A stretch of 64,000 nt of DNA, taken from contig CM082584.2 in NCBI GenBank assembly GCA_040954595.2, positions 13,828,896-13,892,895 on the forward strand, in the 5' to 3' direction. Source of the stretch: Balanoglossus misakiensis (taxonomy: Eukaryota > Animalia > Hemichordata). Positions 13,950 through 25,818 of this stretch are shown in pieces (positions within the stretch are counted from its first letter, which is position 1; each line of letters starts with the position of its first letter). The notes under the pieces are model-generated. The model saw only the letters and a list, made by a program, of their open reading frames with translations, was not told where the DNA came from and made no database searches. The translations under genes and the position numbers were made by a program.

Positions 13950-16900
13950 ATGTTGAATGTCAAACAGTTAGAAAACAAGTTGATGAACAGTCCTGTTGAC
14001 GACAAGACTGCGAAAAAGATGTCGGCCAAAAAATCCAAGAAAGGTAAGAGAGAGAAAGAGAGAAGGGGGAGGGAGGGAGAGAGATTGGAAAGAGAGTGTC
14101 TTCTTACAGGATGCCTGAATTGCTGTGTGAATCATAAACATTCCAAAGAAATCAATATTACCGTTCCTGCTCAATTCTCAACTGGATTTTTTCCTAAAAG
14201 TTTGATTCTACTGCATATTTGTTCTGCATTCTCACCATGAAATCAATGAAGTGAGAAAAAGGGCGTCTGAGGAGTTTCTAGTTTTAGCCAGGACATTTTA
14301 CTGCTCCATGTCAAGATGGGGGTTGACTTCCGGAGTGATTGTGGCATAGCAGGAACTCCATTGCAATAATATTCATTGAATAAATAACTAGATAGGAACC
14401 TTTATAAGCATTTAACAATGAGCAGGTGTTGACGTTTGACTGTTGGGTGGTATGAGTATCTGCCTATCTGTTCCAAAAGTGAATGTTGGTTGTGGTACAT
14501 GTAACATGATAGAAGTGAGTTTGACTTGAAAAGGATTGTATGTAGCGACTCTAAGTCTAACATCACTGGAATACGTACATGTATATTTTTTTGTTTCATG
14601 TCTTTGTTGTTTGTTGTGTTGTGTTGTTGTAATATTGTGATCTCGTAGTTTTCACCATATTTGGTTGCCAAAAGTTTACCACTGACTCAAAACAAGTTTG
14701 CATGTCACATGTGAAAATAATGCATATTAATATACCACTTTTTGTGACAAGCACAATAGCAAACTCTCAAACAGTCAAATGTAACAGTAATACAGAAACC
14801 TCTTTGGTTGGTTTCTGAAAAATAGTTAATGATATTGCAATTGTTTTGTCAATAGACTTAGTAATGAAAATTTGTTCTTATAGTGTCTGCTTTTTCTTGA
14901 GAATTTAAAACAAATGTGTACTTCCTGCCAGCATGTGTCTCCTGCAAGTGTTCTTGTTAAAATGTTTTGCAAATTGTTTTTCTCTTGATCGGCTTACTTT
15001 CTGCCTTAAAAAGTGAACTTTTTTGTGCATAATGTTGGAGCATACGCTCAAACTAACACCTCAGCTTCACTGTTCTTTGCATGTTTTTGCAGCTAATCTG
15101 ACCATGCTCACTAAAGGTAAGAAATACAAGACATCTGAACTTGGTGCCAGCTTTGCAGTGGCTTGTTCAATCGCAGAAACCCTACATCTCAGCCACCCTT
15201 TTTTAAAAGCACATTCCTAGCATGTCCATCTGTCGTGTTCATGTAAACTTCCATTCTGGTGATCTCAGGGTGGCCTGCTACACGTATGTTTTGCACACGG
15301 TGTATAAATCTTTGTCAAATGCGGAAATGGCTGTTTCCTACTGTGTCGTATAATATTATGGCATGCACAGGGGCTTGATATTTGGGAGAGTATGTGAAAA
15401 GCGTGTTAGACTTTGACCTGAAGTCTACAATGTATGTCTAACTGTAAACATAAACTGGGAAAACAGAAATCTGGCTGCCACGGCTTCTGCATTTCTTCAA
15501 AGCTGCAGGAGAAACCAAACAGTTCATGCTGGCAAAGTAACTTTTATGATTTTCATGTGAATTATTGATGTGAACATAGTTGCAGCATGCTGCGGTGATT
15601 TGAACCAAGAACAACTTACTAGAGAAGTACTCTCATCTCTCATACTTGAACCACTGTCATCTCCCTTTAAAAGCATCAACTCATAGACTTTGACATCTAG
15701 CATCAATTAAAATGTGTCATCTCAAGACAAGATATATATTATAGTGTAGTAAACTGCATACCTTTAAGATAATCATAAATGAAACAGATTCAAAGAATAC
15801 AAGACTTTGATGTTCTCAGCAAAGTGCTCTGCAATTCATCACAAACATTATTGACAGTCCTAAAAGTAATTTCAAAGTTTGCACAAAGCAGTTAATTTTA
15901 ATTGCCCATGCCATGATACAGGGTATCTCCACATCTTATTAACAGTACTCTCTTCTTACAACAGAGCAGAGAGACTACCTGCGTCAGCAGAGGTTCAAAG
16001 GAGAGGGCGTCCTCTTCAAATCCAAACTCATCGGCATAGAAACCGTCTCTGAGGCGAGGGGAGACAGGATGTGCCAAGAGTCCATGCAGAGGTTAAAGGT
16101 CAGTACATGTAGTTTGGTCACTGCATGTAAATTTTACTCAAGAAATAAAAAGCAAGAAATTCAATAATTTCATTGACCAGTTGAATAGAATTTTGGGTGA
16201 ACGGATGTGTTCAGTGATGCTTGCTGTCACAAAGTTATTTTATAAGTGTCGAAGAAAATGGCATTTGAAAAATCCTGATGTATCTGGTTGCGATCTTTCT
16301 TTCACCATCATTCTGTGATGTACATGTACGTGTATATGCCAATTGGTACATACATCTACACTGATTTAAATACTTAGTACACTGATTTTAATAATTACAT
16401 TGATGTTCCGCACACATTTATTGTTCTTACAATGTAATTTAGGTTGTGAGTTCCTGCTAGATAATCACATCGTCATTTTTTTTCTACTGCAGGCCCAAGC
16501 CAAAAGTGCTGGCGAACACAAGCAAAGGATTACACTTAGCATCACACTGACTGGCATCAAAATTATTGATGAAAAATCAGGGGTGAGTAAAATGTCATCT
16601 TTCATACTTGTTTTTATTTTAATTTGATAATGTGATATTTTCATTGTTATCTAGATTGTGTTTTCTGAAGAAATAAACAAGAATCTTGGTAATTAGAGTG
16701 TAAAGTCTTGAAACCGGCAAAAATTGTGCCCAGGTCTATGGTCAGAAAACAATAACCGGAAGTTGTATGTCCTAACATGCTGTGTACATATATTTATACA
16801 ATTTAACATAGACTTACCAACTCGGCTGATCGCTAAATACATGTGTATTCTCCCTCTCCCCAGAGTTTACTACACTCACACCCAGTCCATCAGATTTCAT

Positions 16901-19900
16901 TCATTTCCCGGGATCCCTCAGACAGCAGAGCATTTGGCTATGTCTTTGGCGTGGAGGGAAGTCACAGATTCTTCGCAATCAAAACAGAACGTGCTGTAGG
17001 TATTTCACTTGGAATGTGATATAAATTATGACACTATAGGCATCATTAATATAGGGTTATTCACAAATTGCAGCCTTGTATGGACGGGGGCTCTGTGAGT
17101 GGAGTATTTGATGAGCCCCCTGCTCGTCCAGTACACCATTCTGAGTCAGACTGCAAAGTACTTAGTAACTGCCCTATCCTATTATTTGCATATTTGAATT
17201 TAGCAATGCATTGCTTCTACATAAGTAATATACAAACGGCTGCACATGTACAAGGGATATAACTCCTATTTCATAATACATGAGTTACGCTCCTCTTGCA
17301 CTGGGCCATCGATCGACATGAAAATTAGCAAATAAAATGTCTGAATTCCTAAATGTTCTGGCCATTCTCTTTCAGGCTGAGAATGTAGTTCTGACACTCA
17401 AAGACCTCTTCCAAGCAGTCTTTGACTTGAAAACCAAGGAGATGGAGGAAGCCAAAAAACAACAAACTCAACAGAACTATCAAACAGAAGAATCGAAAAG
17501 TCCCACTGTACTCTACTTGAAACCCATGTACGATGACGATGTCGATCCACCTGAGAGTTCAACAGAGCCCACTGATCCAACCCCAGGAGAGCATACTTAC
17601 CAGGTGGTTATATTATATTTCTTTCTGTGACCCATTCCATTCCACCCACTCTTTTTTGGCATGTCCCTGCTGTTCTTGTTGGTACAGTTGAAACCGACCC
17701 CGACCCTCACCCATACAGCAGAGTGGGGCAAAAGGAGTACCAAAACATCTTACTGTAAAATGCCTTTTAAAGCTATGGCTTGAATAAAAAAAAACTTTTC
17801 AAAGAATTATGCATTTATGGTAATAATTTTTATCACCATGTATTTCAGGTGCCTCCATCAGAACCTCGACCAGCAGAAAATGGTTTAAATGTGGTGGGAA
17901 ATATCTATGAGGAACCTTCAGAGATCAGGTTACCACCAGCAGCTCCACAGGTAAGGAAGATCATGAGATGTCATCCATGATTTGTGGCTGTGTCCTCAGC
18001 CAGTCTTGAATGTACATTTTTTGAGATCAGTATTAACTTTACGAACCACGTCAAGAAAGTAGTTTTATAAGCTCCTGAAAATTCATAAATTTTGAACCAT
18101 TCTGGTAATTTTTATTTGCATGTTGCCTTTAAGAAAACATGGTGATACTTTGAGAATTTTTTTCTCATATTCCAGTCATCTGGCAATCTGGTGGATCTAG
18201 AAAATGAATTGAAAAACATTCAGATGGTAAGTTGGTTCTGACAAAACTTAAATGTCGCTGTGAACTTGGACTTTTATTTTCATTTTTGGCATCACTGTGT
18301 GTCCACGTGTTCCAGCTGTCAAGTTTGTTTGATGTTGAATTTTAGAGTAAAGAAACAATGTCATGAAAGGCCAACAATCCCTGACTTTTAGATTCCTTCA
18401 TGATTCTGCTTTTATACTAAAATTAGTTCATGTAACTGTATTTACTTACTTACTTACTGAGGGGTACCGGTACATGTATGTATATCTACTGCATATGTGA
18501 ATTTGAACTAATAACAATTGTATGTCACACTGAAATATGGTAGCCTCCATGCAAAGATACAAAAGGAGGTAGAAATGGTGTATGTACGAACTGGAATGTT
18601 CACAGACACAACCTAATGTAACGTAATGTGTTGCGGTGTACACTTTGTAGGGCATTGATGCCATGGAAGCCTTTGGAGGTGATCCGTTCTCAGGAGGAAC
18701 CTCTTCACCATCGCCATCGCCCTCAGGCAACAAAACCCCAAATCCATTTGAGCCGTCAGACCCTTTCAACACGGGCCTGACTAAATCGACCAGCAATGAT
18801 CTGTTCTCAACTGGATCGGTAAGTGGACAGATGGAGATGTCTGATGGAGATTTTAAGAGTGCCATACTTTTTGTGGAAAGACCGTCACAAAGAGATATGA
18901 ATATCACTGATTTATGCCAGAAATGATGCAGAATTGAATTGCTTGGTTAACATATGCAGCCAGTAATGACAGTTTGATTAATCAACTCTGAAAAAATATA
19001 CGCAAGACAGCATTCAATTTATGATCATCTCTGGTACAGTAGTTTCTCACTCTGTTTGATTACAGGAAAGTTCATTCGGGTCGCCCACACCTAGTCAGCC
19101 AACCATCATAACATCGTCGGGGGGTGACCTGTTTGATCCGTTTCAGTCTCAACCAGGAACTGGCAGACAGCAACAGCAAGCTTTCACTGCAGACTTCGGT
19201 CAACCAGCCGCGCAACAGCAGCCAGGATTCGGTCAGATGATGAACGCTCCAGCAACGCAGGGCATGGGGCAGACAAGCGGTCTTTTCGACACTGCTACAC
19301 CACCCATGAGGAACAGTCCCTTTGCCTCTTCCAACCCAGGTTCAATGGCTGCCAGTATGAACGTGGCATTCAACACCCCGAGCAGCAGCGCCTTTGGTGC
19401 AGCTGGCATGCCTGTGTCTACAAACACCGCCGTGACCAGGCCACCTCCACAGAACCCGCCTCCGCCAAAACCAGATCCGTTTAGCGACTTGGACATGCTG
19501 GGGAAATCCAGCGCCAACGGCAGCGACCCCTTTTCCAGACTCGGGGCTCCACCATCCAGGAGACCACCACCCGTGCCAACAGCAACAGGTGGGGCCGCCC
19601 CTCCCATGCCACCAAGGACTAACCTTGGACAGCCGCTGACAGCACCAACCACAGGGCCATCAGCTGATCTCTTTGCATCTGATCTGACGAATCCCGGTAA
19701 TAGTAATAGTAACGATAGCGACTTTAATTTGCCATCGCCGAGTGTGCCACCACCTCCATTACCACCTAGGAACAATGTAACGAATCCCAGCCCATCGTTA
19801 GATAATGAACCCATTAGAGACATGACACCTCCACTTCCACCAAGATCATCAGAGGCTCATGGGGCTAAGGACGCATTCAGTAATCCCATACCCATACCAC

Positions 19901-21802
19901 CAAGGACTCATACACCCAAGTCAAACACACCATCTAGTTCACTGGGAAGCCCATCGGAACAGCCACACAGGACTGAGAAACACATACCCAACACAGCTGC
20001 TAGTTCATTTCCCACCACCTTTAATTTTCAGGATAGCACCAGTTTCTTTTTGAGCACGTCTAACAGCAACCCTTCTGTTTCTCTAAAAGCATGCAATTTT
20101 ACCGACACAAGGTCCTCCCTCTCGAGCAGCACCACTAACACAACTGACAGCACAGCTTTTGCACAGTCAACCTCTCTCCCCCAAGAGAGCCTCTTTAACC
20201 AGCACAGTTTATTTTCCAGCACAGAGGGCGCTAGCATGTCCAGTAGTGTGCCTGTCAGCTCTGCATGCGACAATTTTAGCAATTTGTTTCCTATGGATGA
20301 TATTTTCAGTAACCAAAGCTCAGTAACTGCCACAGACACTGAACCTCACTTCCCACTGCCGAGCACCACAATTCCCACACACGCACTCACAAACCATCAT
20401 AACACGGTTGCTGGTCTTCCCGTCCACGATGACCCCTTCGCGGATGACCCATTCAGTGCTGACTCGCCAACCGCCTGCAAGGTGTTTGTCATCGGCTCTA
20501 CCAAAGACACATACAGCTTTTCATCGCCAAACGTGACAACAACATTGTCTTCATCATCATCATCTTCATCAGCCGGTAATCCATTTGCAGCGCCCTCAGC
20601 AAGCACTTCTAAAACCGATCCATTTTCTGTAGGAGGAGGGGGTACCATGCAGCCAGTAGCAGGAGGCGGCAGCAGTGATCCGTTTGGACTAAGTGCCAAT
20701 CCCATTCAGCCAGCCAGCAACAATATGTTCGGAGACCAGTCTCTTGATCCCTTTGGCTTTGGAGGACTGACCACAGTAAGTCCGATGCATGATCAGCTGA
20801 CATACGGTTATAGTCATTGAAGCAGCAACGGCCACCAGTATTGAACAGCACCACCAGTGGTGAAACGAAGAAGTCGATGATCGTCACATGAGACCTTGTT
20901 TACCCAAACAATTCCGTCTGTGTTTGTCTGTGTTTCAACGCCAATCACCATATGCCAGCCGACCATGTACCATTGATGATGACATCAACAAAACTTATGC
21001 GATTCCTACTGAATCTCAACAGTGTTTGAAAGTGTCTTCTTTGTCCAGAAAACTTTTATCTGCCATTCTGCGAAAGAACATTTATTTATAAACAATACTT
21101 TGCTGTCTCTGAAAAATGTTAAATATTCTTTTGATGAAGTTGGAGTAGATATAAATATTGGATTTACCCAAATCTGTCACATAGACATTGATCAACAATG
21201 ATAGAGTTTAAGATATCCTCATTGCTTGAAACCAGAGCTGCAACATTTCGAAAGGTTAAGGGTGTATGCGCAGTACATAAATTTGTAAACTGCGCAGTTG
21301 TGTGCACATTTGTCTTTGCCCATAGGATTACATTGAGAATAGCTAGAAAACCAGCTGTGATGAAATTATACACATAGCTCAGTCAAATAAAATAAAATTT
21401 ATGGGTCAAATGAAATTTTATGATTGTTGTGATGGTATGATTTTATTTGGGGTATATTTATTTATTTATTTTTTTGATTGAACAGGCACCAGCCCAGCAG
21501 ACGACTAACACCAACATGAATGCATTCGGAGGAGGTGCATTTGACCCCCTGGCAAATCTGGGAACAGAGGTAACAGCATTATTGATGATACACAATTTAT
21601 GCACTCAGTATTTTCCTGTATCTGCCTAGCGCCTATACCTTCTCTGCTTAAAGTAGTATGCGCCTCAGGGACAGATTTTCAAAGTAACTTTGTGGTTAAA
21701 CAAAAGAAATACTCAGAATTTCATTTGAAAAGCTTTCACTTTAATGGTTTTGTTGTTCATTTACAGGACCTGTATGCTACCGTGAATAAGCCCAAACAGT
21801 GA
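13950..21802 (+). CDS. Dab: Disabled (Dab1/Dab2 family) PTB-domain adaptor protein, about 942 aa (950 aa with the microexon)
   Basis: In-frame GT-AG exons: 13950-14043, (15093-15116), 15965-16098, 16493-16582, 16864-16995, 17376-17603, 17849-17950, 18176-18226, 18651-18818, 19066-20775, 21486-21569, 21767-21802. The PTB domain reads [36 protein letters not shown]|[30 protein letters not shown]|[40 protein letters not shown]|[13 protein letters not shown]. It is followed by YQVP and YEEP, an LVDLE clathrin box, 10 DPF, 2 NPF and PPPLPPR motifs. The start ATG is uncertain (13950, 13983 or 14019). Confidence 0.92.
15093..15116 (+). CDS. Candidate 24-nt frame-preserving microexon of Dab (ANLTMLTK)
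   Basis: TTTGCATGTTTTTGCAG|CTAATCTGACCATGCTCACTAAAG|GTAAGA. Phase 1-1 matches the flanking exons and no stop is introduced. Confidence 0.6.
21256..21430 (+). repeat. Dispersed repeat fragment (probable DNA-transposon end), homologous to 32447-32620
   Basis: Both copies begin TTAAGG(G/A)TGTATGCGCAG(T/A)ACATAAA and share CCCATAGGATTACATTGA and ACACATAGCTCA. Confidence 0.65.
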
Positions 21803-23700
21803 TGATGTGTGTGACTAACTTAACAGTGAATGATTTTGCTGTCAAACTCTTTATAAAGTGTAGGATGAGTCAAGTTGCCATACTAAAGGAGAGAATTTCC
21901 AATCACTAGTGTTTACTTTTTATTTGTATACTTGCCTTGGGGCTTGGCGTCTGATGAAGCAGCTAAATTTCATTTGTACAAAAATGGTCAAGTTATCTAT
22001 TTTTTAAAGAAAACTATTTTTGTGAGAATAATACTGTTACTTTTAATCACTGCATAGACAAAGGCTTTGAACAGTCATGGTCTAAGACACCATTGTGTCC
22101 AAGAATCCCCTAAGTTTTCAAGTGATATATTTTTAATACATGGACGATTATGATCACAAACAATTTTGAATATAGGGCTGCTTTATGGGCATGTCCATGC
22201 AGAAATCACTAAGATTTGTAGAGATTCAGTTTTTGAGGCCTGACTCTTCACATGGCTGTTGCATGTCAATGGTGTCTGGTATATTTTGGGGAAAACTGTT
22301 GATGATAAGAAGACATCATATGTAAAGATAACCTCATAGTCAAACATTTGGGTATTGGGCATATATTTTAAAATTCAATGATATGTGGCGGTTCAGTGGT
22401 TGGTGTCAGACTCAGAGAGAACCAACTGCGTGCAGGATTCCTTGGAGTGCATGGGCGCCCCGCCCCTATCATGAAAGGTGTGCAGAGTGACCAGTGGAAC
22501 GAAGATGAGATTGTCACAGATCTCCACACTTGATGCTCAGCTGATATTCATATTTAAAAATGCCAAGAAATATCTGCACATTTTTATTACCTATTTCCAC
22601 TAACTTTAATAATATCACATTGGTATAATCCCCCCCCCCCCCATCACTGTAGACGAAATGTGGGTGTTGCTGTACATATAATTTCTGTGGTTGGACGGTG
22701 AAACATTTGTTGAGACATGCAATTGTGAGTGTGCACAAATGTGCAGAGTTGATCCCTAAATTAACTGTGCAGTGTACTTTGGTGAAACTCTCACCAACTC
22801 TGTGGTTGTTTAAGTTCTGTAGTTTCTTTCATGTGTGCCCAGTTTAAACTCTAGCCATAGTGAGCTGCAGGGCTCTCTCTCCCATGTACAAGTCTACCTG
22901 TAATGCAGCGTTTGAAATTAAAATTTGCCATTTTCAGGACCCATTGATTGCCACCATTGTTGGTAATGAATCTGCCAGGTTGAAATCTCTGTGACCGGCC
23001 AATTGTATTCATTGGGTTGCATAATGAATTATGGCTAACTTATGTATTTTCTTATAACAAAATGTTGCCTTGCTGGTATTGGTAAGGCCTTTACAGTCTG
23101 TTGAAATTGAACAGCTGAGAGAATACCTGAGTTCGCTCAAAAACATTTTCTGGTAGTTTGTTGACAAAACAACAATTAAACTGAGGAATATTGTAACAAC
23201 TCTAGGAACGAATTGTTGATACAATGATAATTATAAGTGAAAATGTCAGAAGCAGCTAGCTGACAGTGCTCTGATGTGATCAATGTATAATTATATATAT
23301 TATATAAAATGTACATTTTGTAATGTATTGTTTATAAGAATTTTATGAAACTGATTCTTTGTCTTTCTACTGACACTGTATGAATGCTGTACTCTCGTGA
23401 ATTAAAAGAATGTGTGATGATAACATGTTAACCAATATTTATGTGCAAGTTTGTCAGTATTTCGTTACTAGAAAGTGTCTTTCAGTTTGAGTTGATCATT
23501 GAAGGAACAGAAAAATTTTTGGGATCAAGATCACCAATTTTCAATAGAGGTGCTTGAATTCTGATTTATTGTTTTACATAAAACAATTTCGTTGCTCTTT
23601 CCTCGTATGCTCATATGAACTTTCTTGTCATGTTGCCAACATCACCCACCATTGACATTTTGTGATTTCTTTGATTTCAATAAATGAACAATGCAGAGTA
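21803..23700 (+). other. Probable Dab 3' UTR
   Basis: Non-coding sequence after the TGA, with ATTAAA at 23401 and AATAAA at 23679-23684. Confidence 0.4.
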
Positions 23701-25642
23701 TAACACAGACAGGAAGGCAAAGCCATTGTTGTCATGAGGTCAGAAGTCAGTCAAATCACCATAGTGTGAAAGATTTCAAAATGTCTGGGGGAGGGAAACT
23801 TCAGATGGGTTTGCCGTATTTATATCATTAATCCTTTCGCCACTGAGATATAGCGGGTTGTGATACACTGATACTTTCAAATTCATGTCACCAGGAGTTG
23901 GTGGCTACTACATGTATTTGTGGAAACATAGTTTAACTTACAGTACTACATTGCATTTAAAACATGCTGCAAAGGCAGCTTGAACAGGATGGAGAATTTC
24001 TCATTTTCGTCCAAATACACAATATTTGGAATATCTACTTGCCTTGCTTTGGAAACTAACAATATTTACATTTATTTACGGTTCATTCGCTCTCAGACTA
24101 GTATACATGTATAATGAATTTTGAAATTCTGGTTAAACAATCCCTATATTTATAAACATTATACAAGAAGTGATGACCTAAAAAAACAATTGAAATAACT
24201 TTCACTTTTAAAATGAGTGCTTCTATCACTGCTATCCTTCAATACATCTTCCCCTCGTGTTTTATTTTAATAATCATGGCAATAAATAAAGTTGGTGAAT
24301 TGCATGAAAATATATTCCACCCATGTGTACTGGTGTTAGTTTTATCCTTTTTCCTGAATATCGAACATGACTGTATACGAACGGACCTTGTAGTATATGG
24401 TCGCTAGATGACGCTACGTGTCGGCGATTGACCACTGATTGCGAAATATTGAAAAATGACACCAACATGTATATCATGTAATACTCGTTTTTCAGACGGG
24501 TGAAGTCTGCCTAACGCCATGAATCTGTACCCTGTTATATTACGCAGACGTTTATCCGTCAGCTTCTCCAAAAGTACACTCGATTTCAGCATTTACCACT
24601 TTTACACGTATTAAAGGGCAACTTCATTTTGACACGTATTAGGCCTATATCAACTTTCCGATAATCGCCGTTTCTTTCCGCCTTCGGTCGAAACCATTTT
24701 TTTCAGTAACCATCAAAGTTTGTGCCTTTCCTCAATAAATCTTTATATCACGGACCCGGCACACAGCTGTTATATTTTCTATGATTAGGTATGTTAATTA
24801 CTCAGAATGTCGGATTTGTCGATCGACACAGCTGTGAACCAGAACCGGAGATTTGCGTCAAGTTAAACGTCACTAATACGTATATACTGTCACCTTCACC
24901 GACAGAACACATTTCTGTGATGGTAATACTATATGCCTTTTACGCGGAAACGTGTCTCTGCTTCACAGGTACGTACAGGGTACAAACTGATGCTCTGAAT
25001 TAAAACAAACTATGGCAGTTGCCCTCGGTTACAATTCGTCATTTCTGTCGATCGTGAGGGCATGTCAGCTGCTTACTGCATTGTTCAGGTTGAAACGAAT
25101 TCTTTATGTTGTTCCCGTTTATTTCATTGAAATTTGACAACTATCACGAGTTTTAATTTGAACTCATAAAATACAGCCCTGCACCTTCTCTCTCCTGTAT
25201 CCACCTTTTTGTACTTTTTGAAACAAAAATTTAATGTAGAATATTTATATCGAGATCTAACTGCACATTCTATCGCAAAAGATCGATATGCTGACTGTGC
25301 AATCGTTTAGGTATCCCACGTTTTTTTTATGCCACGTTAATTTTATACCGTCTGGTACATCATGATACACCTATCACGGCGCACGCTGTCTACAGTATAT
25401 ATATACAAATACGCCTATCACTATACCAGGAGGCATGGTAAAATCTTTTTTCATTCGCTTATTCAAAAGTTTGATTTGCTTCCATCCTGGACAGCTGCGC
25501 TGTAGACCATATCTTTTTAAAATTATTTTGTTAAAAATATTTAATTTCTGTAAAGTGCACGTACGCGTGTCCATGCATCGATTGAAGACAAAATAATATC
25601 GAAAAATGCTCGCGGGGTGGCGCTATATTAGCGACCCTGACG

Positions 25643-25661
25643 CGTGGTTATCTCTGATTGG
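25643..25661 (-). promoter_or_regulatory. ER stress response element (ERSE, CCAAT-N9-CCACG) in the calreticulin promoter
   Basis: The + strand CGTGGTTATCTCTGATTGG reverse-complements to CCAAT-CAGAGATAA-CCACG, an exact consensus match. A second CCAAT lies at 25691, CACGTG at 25722 and TATAAG at 25742, all upstream of the ATG at 25819. Confidence 0.85.
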
Positions 25662-25818
25662 ATGATTCTTAATAACTACCGGTAATCCCACCAATCAGAA
25701 GCAGACATTTGGCTAGCAATTCACGTGCAGAAGATCTGCATTATAAGGCCTGCGACTGGTCGTTGCTTCACTGTTTTTTGGTGCATTTTCAGAGAAAGTA
25801 ACCAAAATTGCGGTGAAA

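Noticed and set aside
17074-17157. Possible 84-nt in-frame exon in a Dab intron ([16 protein letters not shown]...)
   Set aside because: The pyrimidine tract and donor (AAA|GTACTT) are weak, and inclusion would interrupt the PTB fold.
17688-17757. Intronic segment after an acceptor-like TACAG that could encode a YQNI (YQxI-like) motif
   Set aside because: The YQNI frame is out of phase with the preceding phase-0 exon and no good donor follows.
18446-20887. Minus-strand ORFs overlapping the Dab exons
   Set aside because: These are antisense shadows of GC-rich, Pro/Ser-rich coding sequence with no independent gene signals.
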